From: Neovahlkampfia damariscottae
Lineage: Eukaryota
Direction of reading: 5' to 3'
Length of the DNA stretch: 54,451 nt
Assembly: GCA_016618085.1 (NCBI GenBank)
Contig: JABLTG010000043.1
Coordinates: forward strand, 62,001 to 116,451
Shown: in pieces, positions 36,794 to 48,596 of the stretch
How positions within the stretch are numbered: the first letter of the stretch is position 1
Layout of the letters: the number at the start of each line of letters is the position of its first letter
Made by a program: the position numbers and the translations under genes
Notes under the pieces: model-generated
Seen by the model: the letters and a program-made list of their open reading frames with translations, nothing else
The model's database searches: none
Told to the model about the DNA's origin: nothing

Positions 36794-37804
36794 TCATTTT
36801 AAGTGTTTTTTGATGAATTGAACTGTTCTTTGAATTCCTTTTTGGTAGAGAATAAATCCATGCTTCGTTTTAAATTCATCAATAGTTACGATATTGGGAT
36901 ATTTTTTTTTCATTTTTTCATTGAATCCATCTGGAACCCAATGATCTGTTTCACCATAATAAAATTGAATCTTTGATTTATTTTTATCTATAATTCCATA
37001 GTTAGCATCCCTTATCTCTGAAAACTCAGTACCTGCCATAAACAAGACATTATTCATCATTTGATAATTGAAGTAACTCTTAGTTGCAAATACTTCAATT
37101 AATGAATCATCTTCATTTTCTATAATCTTTGAAGCCTTAGCAATTAATAATCTAACTGATGAAGGTATAAATGAGGAAAAATGAACAATAAAAGACACTA
37201 CATTTCTGATCCCAAATTTCACACCCATTTTCAAGAGAAAATTTTGACCATTTTTAGAAAGATTCAAATGAGATATAGTTGGAAATAACCCAAAAAACTG
37301 TTTTAAATTGTCAGTATTACGATTTAATAGTTCCAAACAAATCCAACTTCCAATAGAATGACCAACGAGATGAATTGAAATTGTTGGATTTTTTTGAATT
37401 AAAAATTTGATAAATTCCACTTTATGTTCTAGTTGTTCATGTATTGAATATAATTTATCCACTTTATTGTCATATGAATGTCCTAAGTATCCAACAACAA
37501 CTACAGGTATTTTTGTTTTTGAATATATTTCTTGTGCACAATGGTCATATAAACTTGCAACACCAGGATTTCCAGGTATGAATAATATTATTTTTTCTAT
37601 ATTATTTTTATTCAAATCAACACCATGCTGAACAATATCAGTTTTCATTCCTTTAATGTTAACAACTACTAAATTGTTAAACATGAAATAATTACCATGG
37701 TGATTTAGTTTCTTTGTTTTTTGTGTTGATAAAACTATAAAAATCAAAAAAATGGTCAACAAAAAACTAAACAACAAAAGCATTGTGTTCATAGATTGGT
37801 CCAT
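36794..37804 (-). CDS. LDAH: Lipid droplet-associated hydrolase-like alpha/beta hydrolase
   Basis: FIPGNPG, LVGHSIG, LFPTI, YYGETDHWVP, HGF; start position uncertain. Confidence 0.85.
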   Translation of the reverse strand: MDQSMNTMLLLFSFLLTIFLIFIVLSTQKTKKLNHHGNYFMFNNLVVVNIKGMKTDIVQHGVDLNKNNIEKIILFIPGNPGVASLYDHCAQEIYSKTKIPVVVVGYLGHSYDNKVDKLYSIHEQLEHKVEFIKFLIQKNPTISIHLVGHSIGSWICLELLNRNTDNLKQFFGLFPTISHLNLSKNGQNFLLKMGVKFGIRNVVSFIVHFSSFIPSSVRLLIAKASKIIENEDDSLIEVFATKSYFNYQMMNNVLFMAGTEFSEIRDANYGIIDKNKSKIQFYYGETDHWVPDGFNEKMKKKYPNIVTIDEFKTKHGFILYQKGIQRTVQFIKKHLK

Positions 37805-37889
37805 TATTTTCCACGAATCATATCGTTTTGAAAAAATAACAAATCCAATAAATAACCAAGATCAACTTGAAAATTTAAACGCAAATAGA

Positions 37890-38270
37890 ATGTCAGAAGA
37901 CGAAGAAAAAATTGAAGATTGTCAAAAAGTTTGTGAACACTTTGTAAAATTAGCAAAAAACACAGATCTCTTGTTATTGAAAGATGTTTTCTTTTTCAAA
38001 AAAGAAATCAAAAAAGAAGAAGAAGAAGAGGAAGAAAAACCTGTAGATTTAAATAAATTGGATGATTTTGAATTATTTTTTGAAATTGGAAAAAGAAAAT
38101 TAAAACAATTAACAGAAACTTTGAGTGATGAAAACTTGAACACTTATTTTTTTCAAGCCAGTTGTGAACAAAGATGTGAATCAAAATATAATAAGAAAAT
38201 GAGAGAATGTATAAAAAATGCGAAAACATTTCAAAAAGCCAATAACTGTTTCAAGAATACAGACCTTTAA
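37890..38270 (+). CDS. Hypothetical small Cys-containing protein
   Basis: CQKVC and CEQRC..CI..C motifs. Confidence 0.5.
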   Translation: MSEDEEKIEDCQKVCEHFVKLAKNTDLLLLKDVFFFKKEIKKEEEEEEEKPVDLNKLDDFELFFEIGKRKLKQLTETLSDENLNTYFFQASCEQRCESKYNKKMRECIKNAKTFQKANNCFKNTDL

Positions 38271-38278
38271 ATAAAAAA

Positions 38279-39373
38279 TTATTTATGAAGTTCCAGTTCT
38301 TTTTGTACTTGATCTAATTCAATTTTAGCCAATTTCATTTCTTCTTCTGATAATGAATTAATCAATGATTGATCAAGTTCTTTAATACCCTCTATTGATA
38401 TTTTATTGAATATTGGTAATCTATCTGTAATTTTATGATGTCTTAAAGTTAAAATAAACTCTTTAAAAGCTTCTTCATTATCTAACTTTGAGTATCCATA
38501 AATCATAGATAAAACTACAATTGTATCTGGTTGAATATCTTTTGCTAAAATTTGATCAAATAATTCTTGTGCTTTATCCATCATTTTATGATCAGAATAT
38601 CCTTTTATCATTATACCATAAACTTGTAATGATAGTAATTTTAATGATTCCATGACTTCAAATACTCTTTCTGCTCCTAAAATATTATCATCCTTCCATA
38701 ATGCCATTAATAAAGATGGATACATTTCATCAATTGAATGACCTGATTCTAGACATTCCGTGATTAAATTTTGAATAATTTTAAATTCTTTAGTTTCTGC
38801 TGTTGCTTGAATTAAAATTCCGTATATATTTGAAGAGATTGGTATTTTTGATTCTTTCATAAGTTCATATAAATTTAATGCTGTATCAATATTCTTTTGT
38901 GTTATTGATTCTGAAATTATTAAATAAAAAGTCATTGTATTTGGAGAAACATCATAATCTCCAAATGTTTCAAAAATTTTTAACATTTTTCCACCTTCAC
39001 CTCGTGTGTAGTGTATATACATTAATGAATTTAATGTATTTACATCAGGTTTTATATCATTCTTTTTCATTTCTTCAAACAACTTTGTAGATTTTTCAAT
39101 ATCACTTGTAGCCATATATTCTTGTATTAATAAATTGTAAAAATGTATATTTTTGTTAAATCCATGTTGTTTTATTTCTTCAAAAGTATCAACAGCTTCT
39201 TTAATTTTTGAACTTTTCAATAATGCAAGGAATTTGAAAGTGTACTTCTCTTCTAATGTTTTATTTTTCATGAATTTGTTAAATTTCTTTTTTGTGTTTC
39301 TCGTTCGGTTGTCTAACGTTTTTAATTTTTTTGTAAGTGAAGGAAAAAGTTTTTTGAATGTTTTGGATGACAT
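38279..39373 (-). CDS. Pentatricopeptide repeat (PPR) protein
   Basis: 35-aa repeats such as FYNLLIQEY..LFEEMKKNDIKPDVNTLNSLM; basic N-terminal presequence-like region. Confidence 0.9.
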   Translation of the reverse strand: MSSKTFKKLFPSLTKKLKTLDNRTRNTKKKFNKFMKNKTLEEKYTFKFLALLKSSKIKEAVDTFEEIKQHGFNKNIHFYNLLIQEYMATSDIEKSTKLFEEMKKNDIKPDVNTLNSLMYIHYTRGEGGKMLKIFETFGDYDVSPNTMTFYLIISESITQKNIDTALNLYELMKESKIPISSNIYGILIQATAETKEFKIIQNLITECLESGHSIDEMYPSLLMALWKDDNILGAERVFEVMESLKLLSLQVYGIMIKGYSDHKMMDKAQELFDQILAKDIQPDTIVVLSMIYGYSKLDNEEAFKEFILTLRHHKITDRLPIFNKISIEGIKELDQSLINSLSEEEMKLAKIELDQVQKELELHK

Positions 39374-39582
39374 TGATTGGCGAAAAAAAAAAATTGAAGG
39401 GCTAAAATTTAACAATGTGTGAAATCATTTTTAAGACATAAATGTCATTGAATAAAAAATAAAAATTCAATCAAAATTAAAAGAATTAAATGATTGGTTT
39501 ATTTTTTTAGTTGACCGTTTTTGAGATTGGTATCTGATTGGCCAATTTCTCATACTAGAACTTTATAACGTAAACTACATCA

Positions 39583-40687
39583 ATGTTTAAACACAGAAAA
39601 ATACTGTACTTGTTCGTATTAATATATTCATTTTTCGTTGTACTGTTTGTGGAGAGATTTCTAATCCGTGGTGAACCAAAAAAAACTCCGGAACCAATTG
39701 CGAAAGTTAAAATAATTCCATTTGCTGGAAAAAGTTATAAACAAGAAAAAGGAATACAGGAGAATAATATAAATGTTAATTTTGAAACAGATTTAGCCAA
39801 AAAAATAACAGTTTTGACACAGTTAACAAAAGAGAGATTACCAAGATTAGTAGCTTTATCAAAAAGGTGGCCACATAAAATTTCAGCTGCTCTTTATATT
39901 GGAGTTCGAAAGAAATTTGAAGATATTTCTGTCAAAAAAATTATGAAAAATGTTTACAACGTTTATCCAGAATTAAGTCAAGAAAGAATTAAGATTCATT
40001 TAGTTATGGGTGAAAAGAAATCAAAAATATTACCTTTGAATCTTTTAAGAAATGTTGCTTGGAAAAACTCAGATACAGAATATGTTTTAACTTTGGACGT
40101 AGATTTTGTTCCAAGTGAAAATTTTCAACAAGTTTTAAAAAATCATGAAGACCAAATTAAAGAAAGGATAAAAGGAAAATCAGTTTTTGTTTTACCAACA
40201 TTTCATTATAAATGTAAAGATGAAAATGATATTTCAACATGTGTACAAGATGTTCCTTTATTTGATGATAAACCAAGTCAACAAGCAACAAATTATACTA
40301 AATGGAATACAGCAGATGACGTTTATGAAGTTCAATATAAATTTTTATATGAACCATATTTTATAGGTAAAAACATTAAACAAAGTTTAACATATTTTAG
40401 GTTCTACAAATATGACAAAATTTGATGAAAATTTTGATATTGGAAATGACAAACTTTCACAAGTATACATGTTGGCTGTTCAAAGATACAAATTTTTTGT
40501 TCTGCCTCATGTTTATTTAGGTCATATGCCACATACAAAAGAAGCTCAATGGTCATTAAGTTCAGATAAATTTAATTACAATCCTTTTTGGTCCGTAGTT
40601 AAATTTTTTGTAATGATTGTAAGAACATGGTATCAATCTGGAGAATCATTTAGAAAGGGTTCTATGGAATTTTTGGACAAACTATAA
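39583..40687 (+). CDS. Glycosyltransferase family 49 (LARGE/B4GAT1-like)
   Basis: Type II TM, PLNLLRNVA, LDVDF (DXD), YEPYFI; intron ~40367-40400. Confidence 0.85.
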
Positions 40688-40919
40688 AATAAAACTATTT
40701 AAATTATATTAAAACTCAATATACTTTTGATTTGAAACAACTCAAGAAATCACTTTTTTCATTTATCTTTTTATGTTTTTTGTTTTTTTATGAAAGATTG
40801 AATTAAATTATTGATGTTTTGATAGTTAAAATATATAAAAAAAAAAAGAAAATTTAATCTTTTTTTTTCTTTTTTATATTCGTCAAATCAGAACGGGTCT
40901 TTGAATTGATTGGTTAACG

Positions 40920-43096
40920 ATGTCCAGCAAGAACTTATTTTCTGGACTATCAAAGTCGTTTAGAAAGAAAACAGATTCTTCAAAAGACATAAAAGAAGAT
41001 TCATTAAAAGAACCTACACCAAATTCTAGTCCTTTGATCACCAGAAAAGGCTCTTCTGTGTCATCAACTGGATCTGACACGATTGAAACAACTTCACCAG
41101 GGACACCTGAACAAAAATCACTTCAAAGATCAGAAAGTACAGTATCAAAAATATGGAGTAGATTCTCAATGAGAAATTCCATGTCAAATTTACCACAAGA
41201 TGGAGAAGAACAAAAAACCGAAGAAACAGTCAAAAAAATGAGATTAAAATATGAAGCCATTTATGAACATCCAGAATTAGAAGAAATCTTTTATGAATTT
41301 TTAAAATCAGAGTTCAATCAAATCATTTTAGACTTTATTAGAGATCATGATAACATAAATGAATTTGTTTCAGATGAAGAACATTTTGAAATTGGAAAGA
41401 AAATATATGAAACATATATCGCTATAAAATCACCAAAAGAACTTAATTTAAGTGGAAAATTAAGAAAAAAAATAATGGACTCTTTAGAAAATTCAAATCA
41501 AATGAAATTTGAGAAATGGATTTTACCAAAAAAACCAAAAGGTAAAATTAATTTAAATTTAAACTTGATTTTTAAGAATTCTATGGTGAAGTTTATGATT
41601 TAATGAAAGCAGAATTAGGAACTGAAAATTTTCCACGTTTTATTGTATCACAATATTGGAAAGATATTGCATCAAATTATGAAGGAAATAATGATGTAAT
41701 GATAGAATCAAAGATTTATAATTTTCAAGATGATGCACATAAAACCAGTCAAATTTTTAATTTTAATTCAAGAGTATTACTTTCAACAAGAAAAAGAAGA
41801 CCTGAAGAAGATGGAAAATCAAATGAAGAAATTGCAAATAATTATTTAAAAAAAGGAATTGAATCATTTAAAAATAATGATTTTCAAAATGCTTATGATA
41901 TGTTTACACTTGCTATACATGTTAATGAAAATTTAAAAGAAGCATATTTTAATAGAGGAGTATTAAATTATAATTTAAAGAATTTTGTTGAATCAATGAA
42001 AGATATGACTGTACTTTTAGAATTTGATGATAAATTAGCAAAAGGATATGCTGTTAGAGGGATGTGTTTAAAAAATTTAAATTATTTAGAAATAGCAATT
42101 ATTGATTTAGAAAAAGCAAATATATTTGAACCTTTAGCTAAGAATTATATGATACTTGGAATTTGTTATGATAGTTTAGATAATTTTGAAAAAGCTATTA
42201 AAAATTATACAGAATATTTAAAATTAGAATCAGGTACACAAAATTCAATGTCAGTATTACATAATAGAGGTCAATTATATTTACAAACATATCAATTTAA
42301 GAGAGCATTAGATGATTTTAATGAATGTCTTAAACTTTGTTCAAATGAAGAATGGAAAAAAGAAATTAAATTATTAAGAGGAAAATGTAAAAGAAAATTA
42401 GGTTTAATAAAACCTGGTGAATTTGATATTGAAGAATTTGATTTTACAGATTCATATAATGAAATGATTACATTATATAAAAAAAAGAAATATCAAGATT
42501 CAATTGAAATTGCAAATAATCTTATAAAATATACAAAAGAACCAAATCATAAATATTATTATGTTAGAGGTTTAATTAATAAATCAATTTCAAATGATAA
42601 AAATGCAATTAAAGATTTTGAAGAAAGTTTAAAATTAAATCCAAATGATTTAAAATCATTAAAACATTTACCTGGTTTATATACAAATGTTAAACGTTTA
42701 AAAGATGTTAAATTATCTTATGATAAATTAATTAATCTTCAACCAACTGCAGAATATTATTTTCAAAGAGGTTTATATTTTTATGAAGAAGAAGAAGATG
42801 AAGATAAAGCATTATCTGATTATTTATCTTGTTTAAAATTAGATGATAAACATTATGATGCTAATTATCAAAGAGGTTTAATTTATTTAGCACAAGAAGA
42901 ACATGAAAAAGCAATGAATGATTTTAATTTTTGTTTATCTCAGAAATCAGATGATTTAGAAGTTTTAATTGATAGAGCATTGTGTTACTATTATTTAGAT
43001 GATGAAAATAAAGCAAAAGATGATCTTGGTAAAGTTTTAAAACAAGACCCAGAAAATGAAAGAGCTAATAATCTTTTAAGTCAAATTGAAGAATAA
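40920..43096 (+). CDS. RGS domain + TPR repeat protein
   Basis: FYEFLKSEFN..IYETYI..SPKELNLS..FPRFI (RGS), then many AYFNRG-type TPRs; intron ~41542-41577. Confidence 0.85.
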
Positions 43097-43199
43097 ATAA
43101 TTGTATTTCTCAAAAAAAATTGAACCCAAATCCTAAACCTTCTAGTTTATAATTCTTGACAATAATCTACCAAAATTGGTGAAATGTAAATTAATTTTT

Positions 43200-44298
43200 T
43201 TATTTAACATAAACTTTCACATCTTTTCCTTCGACGTATCTACATTGTTGAACTTCTTGCCACATTGCCAAAACAAAATTTGTATCATCTTTTAAATAAT
43301 CTTTTCCTAATTCTTTTGCAACATATTTTGTAGCTTCAACAGCATGATAATGTGGAATTTTATGGAAGAAATGATGAGTTACATGAGTATCTGTAATGTG
43401 ATGCAAAAGTTCATTGAAAATTCCAATATCTCTGTCAACTGTTTGTTGTGCACCTTTAACAAAATTCCATTCGGAATTTGAATAATATTTAATATCTTTT
43501 GAAGTATGTTGAAGGTATGTAATTGCTACCAACCATGCATTTGTCCATAAATATGGAATTAAATAATAAAGTGTGAATCCAATGAAACCAAATGTCATGT
43601 ACACTTTAACTAAACAAGCCAACATTAAACAGAGAAATATATTTGAAACAATGATATAATTTCTGTGTCTTGGTTTAAATAAAGGTGAACTTGGTTCAAA
43701 ATGATTAACTCTTAAATGTTCTAAAGATTTGTTTGAAGCAGCGTTAAAGAATAAATATGCAGGCCATCCTAAAGTTAAAACAAAAACAATATAAATAAAG
43801 TATCCAAGAGGTGATGATATTTCATCATAATATTGAAGAAATTTTGAATTTTTAACATCTTCTCTTTCATATGGTACCTTTTTAAAAATTTGACATTTTC
43901 TAAATTTTTCTTACCCATGGTTCATCTTTTTCTATATTAGATGTATAAGCGTGATGTGAAGCATGTGAATATTTCCAAGCAAAAAATGGAACTAAAACAA
44001 AAGAATGTGTGAAAAGTCCAACAATGTCATTGATCCAAGTTGACTCTGAAAAAGCTTCGTGACCACATTCATGTCCAATCATCCATACTGCAGTAAAAAA
44101 TACACCTTGAACAAAACACCAAATTGTCCAAAGAACTGGTTGAAGCATTTTTGGTGCGTATTGAATAAAAGTTGACAAGTAATAAACTAAACAAATACAT
44201 GTAATATCTCTAAAGAGATAACCAAATGAAGTTAAATTACTTCTTTTAAAACAATGTGGTGGAATAGCATCGATTAATTGTTGTTTAGTGACTACCAT
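43200..44298 (-). CDS. FAD2: Delta-12/omega-6 fatty acid desaturase
   Basis: AIPPHCF and His boxes HECGH, HASHH, HVTHH; one intron at ~43878-43914. Confidence 0.93.
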
Positions 44299-44474
44299 TA
44301 TAACCAAAAAAATGTAGCCAGTTGACCAATCAAATAGGGTTCTATTTCAACATTTTTTTGGTTTGACTGAACAACATTGGTTCACAATTGAACTTATCTG
44401 CATTTGTCCCGACAAATTTCAAGTTTTCATTTTTTTTTTGATTACAGAGTTTTTATTGGTGGTTTTCAAGAAAA

Positions 44475-45454
44475 ATGTCTGCTTACCAAAACTACCTGAA
44501 ACACGAGTAAGTTTGGACTAGTATTCAACCTTTAGCTTTGATTCTGATGAAAAGTGGAAACAATATTTATCCAATTTATTTATTCCATGTGACTTGCCAG
44601 AAAATAAACAAAATGAAATCATCAAAAAGTATCAATACAAATTCTATTCTGCAAACATTGAAGAGTTACCAGAACCTATACCACCATGTCCATTAAGTCT
44701 GATAACTATTGAAGCAAGAGAAACACAAACAGCAACTTTAATTTTTCTGCATGGACTTGGAGTTTTTTTTTTTGTTTTTAATTTATAAAGGACAATGGAA
44801 AAGGATGGTCGTCTCATTTTAAAACATACTTGCATAAACAGTACCCATTTTTAAAAATGATTTTTCCAAATGCGTAATTTTTTTTTTTGTAAATTTTTTT
44901 CAAGAGATTCTCAACCAGTTTCCATCAATGGGGGGATGAAGTATGAAAAATATTGATTTCTTATTCTGTATTTAAGGATGCCTTCATGGTATGACATTAA
45001 AGGATTATCAATCAACGACGAAGAAGATGAAACTGGAATTAGAAAATCAGCAAGTATTGTTCATAATTTAATAGCTGAAGAAGTAAGAGCTGGAATTTCA
45101 TCAGATAGAATTATTATTGGTGGATTTTCTCAAGGTGGTGCAATTGCGTTTTTTTCAGGACTCACTTGTAAACACAAACTTTGTGGGATTCTCACTTTAT
45201 CAACTTATATTCCTTTGAAAGAAAAAATCATCAAAGAATTATCAGATTCAAATAAAGAAACAAAAATTCTACAATGTCATGGAAAAGTAGATCCTGTTGT
45301 TCAATTCACATGGGGGTATTTAAGTTATCAAATGATTAGTCAAATTAGAGGAGAAGAAAATATTGAATTTATCACTTATGATGGATTAGGTCATTCATCT
45401 TCACAACAAGAATTAATTGATATTGAAAAATGGATTGGAAAAAGATTCAAATGA
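44475..45454 (+). CDS. Acyl-protein thioesterase/lysophospholipase with an extra N-terminal domain
   Basis: IFLHGLG, MPSWYDI, GGFSQGG, HGKVDPVV, GLGHS; several introns. Confidence 0.9.
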
Positions 45455-45579
45455 GATATTTAATAAAATTGTTTACTTGTTGTTCAAATTATTTATTTCT
45501 CACATTCTTATCACAGTTCCTGATTTAAAATAGAATTTTTTTTCTTCAACTTTCATTGGTTATTTGATGATTTGGAAGG

Positions 45580-47424
45580 ATGAAAACAATTAGGAGAATA
45601 AATACCAAACTGGTGTATCTTTCAAAAAATTCAATCTCAACCAATATAATTCAACAAAAGAAACAACTAAAAACTATTTTCAATACCATTTATCCCAAAA
45701 ATTCTTCACAAAACGAATTTGAAGAATTTTTTGAAGAATTAAAAAAAACAAGAAAAAAGGTTGATAATAATCCACATTTGATTCAAAATAAAAATGGTTG
45801 GTGGAAGAATAGTATTTGTTATTGTTTATATGTTGATTTATTCGCTGAAAACTTTATAGGACTGAGAAAGAAGTTAGATTATCTTCAAGAACTTGGAATA
45901 ACTTTAATTTGGATGTTACCAATAATGGATTCACCTTTAAGAGATTTTGGATTTGATGTAAAAAATTATTCAAAAATAAGACCAGATTTAATTGGGATAT
46001 CTGAAAATAATGAAAATTTTCAAATTGAACAATGGAGAATATTTAAAGATTTTGTTAGTTATGCTCATTCTAAAGGAATTAAAATACTTGTAGATACACC
46101 TTTTAATCATACTTCAAATGAACATCATTGGTTTTTAGAATCAAAAAAATCGAAAGATAATAAATTTAGAGATTATTATATTTGGTCAAATTCAAATGAA
46201 TTATATAAAGAATGTTCAATTATATTTGAAGGTATTTGTAAATCAAATTGGAAAAAAGAAGGAGATCAATTTTATTTTCATCGATTTTTTGAACAACAAC
46301 CTGATTTAAATTATTCAAATCCAAAAGTATTATTGGAAATATCAAAAATAATATCAAATTGGTGTGAAAAAGGTATTGATGGTTTTAGATTGGATGCAAT
46401 TCCATTTTTATGGAAAGAAGATGGAACTGATTGTTTTGGATTACCAAATACTCATCAAATTATTAAATTTTTTAGAACAGTCGTAGATATTGTCAGACCA
46501 GGTACAATGTTATTGGCAGAAAGTTGTATTGAACCAAAGAAATTATTGAAATTCTTTGGTGAAGATGATCAAGTTCATGCAGGTAATAAAAATATTATTA
46601 AACTTAATTCAGCATATCATTTTCCTTTGATACCTCAGATTTATTTATCTTTAAAAAGACAAAATTTTGAACCAATTTCAAAAATATTAGATCATCATAT
46701 AACTCCAAATTTATCTGATCATAATCAATGGTTTATTTTTTTGAGATGTCATGATGAATTTACTTTTGAATTAAATCCAAAAGTAGAAAAAGAAGAGATA
46801 TATAATTTTTATTGTCAATCTGAAAATTGGGGGTTTAGAAATAGAAATGGTGTTTCTGCAAGATTATCAAATCTATTGAATCATGATCCAAAAAAGATTT
46901 CTTTGGCCAATTCAATTTTATTGTCAATCATTGGTACGCCAATAATTTATTATGGTGATGAATTTATGAAAGAAAATGATGAAGAATTTTATAATGAAAT
47001 GATTCAGATATCAGGTATTGAAGACTCAAGATATTTATGTCGTGGAAGAATTGATTGGAATAAAGTTGATCAAAAACTATTGGATAATAATTCGAAAGAG
47101 TATTTTGTTTTCAATGATTTGAAAAAGAAAATAAAGTTGAGATCAATGTACTCTTGTCTTCATAATGGGACAACGGAAATATTAGAATACAAGAACAGAA
47201 AAAATGAAATTGAACACAGATTATTAAGTTATAAACGAAAGAATCATGAAAATCAAATCATATTTTTTCACAATTTGTCTTCAGAAACTTTAGAGATTAA
47301 AATTGATTTACAGTCTCAATGTTTACTTGGTAATACAATTCATCACAAAGATGGAGTATTGTTTATGAAACCATATTCTCATCATTGGTTGATTCCAAAT
47401 AATTCAGTGCCTACCGAGAATTAA
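45580..47424 (+). CDS. GH13 trehalose synthase (TreS)-like alpha-glucosyltransferase
   Basis: NHTS, QPDLNY, FRLDAIPFLWK, LAE, FLRCHDE, YYGDE; probable 30-nt in-frame intron at 46583-46612. Confidence 0.85.
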   Translation: MKTIRRINTKLVYLSKNSISTNIIQQKKQLKTIFNTIYPKNSSQNEFEEFFEELKKTRKKVDNNPHLIQNKNGWWKNSICYCLYVDLFAENFIGLRKKLDYLQELGITLIWMLPIMDSPLRDFGFDVKNYSKIRPDLIGISENNENFQIEQWRIFKDFVSYAHSKGIKILVDTPFNHTSNEHHWFLESKKSKDNKFRDYYIWSNSNELYKECSIIFEGICKSNWKKEGDQFYFHRFFEQQPDLNYSNPKVLLEISKIISNWCEKGIDGFRLDAIPFLWKEDGTDCFGLPNTHQIIKFFRTVVDIVRPGTMLLAESCIEPKKLLKFFGEDDQVHAGNKNIIKLNSAYHFPLIPQIYLSLKRQNFEPISKILDHHITPNLSDHNQWFIFLRCHDEFTFELNPKVEKEEIYNFYCQSENWGFRNRNGVSARLSNLLNHDPKKISLANSILLSIIGTPIIYYGDEFMKENDEEFYNEMIQISGIEDSRYLCRGRIDWNKVDQKLLDNNSKEYFVFNDLKKKIKLRSMYSCLHNGTTEILEYKNRKNEIEHRLLSYKRKNHENQIIFFHNLSSETLEIKIDLQSQCLLGNTIHHKDGVLFMKPYSHHWLIPNNSVPTEN

Positions 47425-47504
47425 AAGAAGAATCAAATCAAAAAGAAATAAAGGATTTCAACACTCTGCTTGTTTTTGATTGGTTCTTTAAAACAAAAAT
47501 CAGA

Positions 47505-48539
47505 ATGAAAAACAAGTTGAAAAAGAAAGTTAAACAAGAAATCTTGAACACCAAAGAATACATCATTGCAGCTATTTTAAAAAATAAACATGAACTGGTG
47601 TTTTATGAAGCACATCCATTCAAATTAGTTTTGAAAACTGGACAGTCTGTCTCTTGTTTCGCTAACTTACCAAATGGAAATTTTATCACAGGCTCACATT
47701 GGTCTCGCAATTTTAAATTTGGCCTTTTGACTATTTGGAATTTTGAAACGTTAAAAATTGAAAAAGAAATTACTCTTTCAAAAGTACAGACTATACATCA
47801 AATTATGGTCATAAATGAAGATAAAATTATTGTTGCAGGAGAATTAAGTCGAAATGAGTATGTTTTATTTTATATTTCTTTAGAAGACAGTGTAATTATT
47901 AAGTCTATTCAAACGTTGGATGTTTATCCTTGTCCTATAATTTTAATCGATTCAAATACTTTTTCAACACCTTCAGGCTCTTTTAATGAAATTTCGTATT
48001 GGAACTTAGAAGATTCAAGACCTGAAATTAAAGTTGTTTCCACTGAATCAGAAATTGAAAGTTACTGTTTGCTACACGGTGGAGATGAAATTGTAACATC
48101 TGGACAATATTATACTGTTTTTATTTGGAATAGATACACAAGCAGTATCAATTATTCATTCAAAACAATTGAGTTTGTGAATCAAATCAAGACATTTCAA
48201 AAGAATTTTTTACTCACCCATGAAACAAATGCTTGGAGAATTTACAATCCAAAAAATGGAAAAAAAATGAAAGAATTCCCTCATAATAACAATGGTAGTT
48301 GTTTTGATAAACCTCATGGAGATAGTACATTATTCATCACTGACTCAAATCAATTAAAAATCTATGATTTTCTTGTGGACAAAGTAACTCATAAATATTC
48401 AATCAGCAAAGATGATTCATTTTTGAGCATTTTGGTTTTAAGGAATGCTAATTATACAATTTTTAAAAGAAAACTGCACATAAAAGAAAATATATTAGAA
48501 TCTGAAGATTTATTTGACACAAATTTTAAATTTGAATAG
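47505..48539 (+). CDS. WD40-like beta-propeller protein
   Basis: Degenerate repeats ending in IWN/YWN. Confidence 0.6.
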   Translation: MKNKLKKKVKQEILNTKEYIIAAILKNKHELVFYEAHPFKLVLKTGQSVSCFANLPNGNFITGSHWSRNFKFGLLTIWNFETLKIEKEITLSKVQTIHQIMVINEDKIIVAGELSRNEYVLFYISLEDSVIIKSIQTLDVYPCPIILIDSNTFSTPSGSFNEISYWNLEDSRPEIKVVSTESEIESYCLLHGGDEIVTSGQYYTVFIWNRYTSSINYSFKTIEFVNQIKTFQKNFLLTHETNAWRIYNPKNGKKMKEFPHNNNGSCFDKPHGDSTLFITDSNQLKIYDFLVDKVTHKYSISKDDSFLSILVLRNANYTIFKRKLHIKENILESEDLFDTNFKFE

Positions 48540-48596
48540 AATTAACTTTTTGATACAGTTGATTGTAATTGGATATTCAGATCTATTTTTAGCTTT

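Noticed and set aside
12218..43099. Stop codons embedded in AATAAA as a coupled polyadenylation signal
   Set aside because: Seen at several genes but expected by chance at this AT content; it cannot be supported without 3' end data.
13234..47424. Bacterial contamination for the PhnZ-like and TreS-like genes
   Set aside because: They carry spliceosomal-type introns and match the composition of flanking eukaryotic genes.
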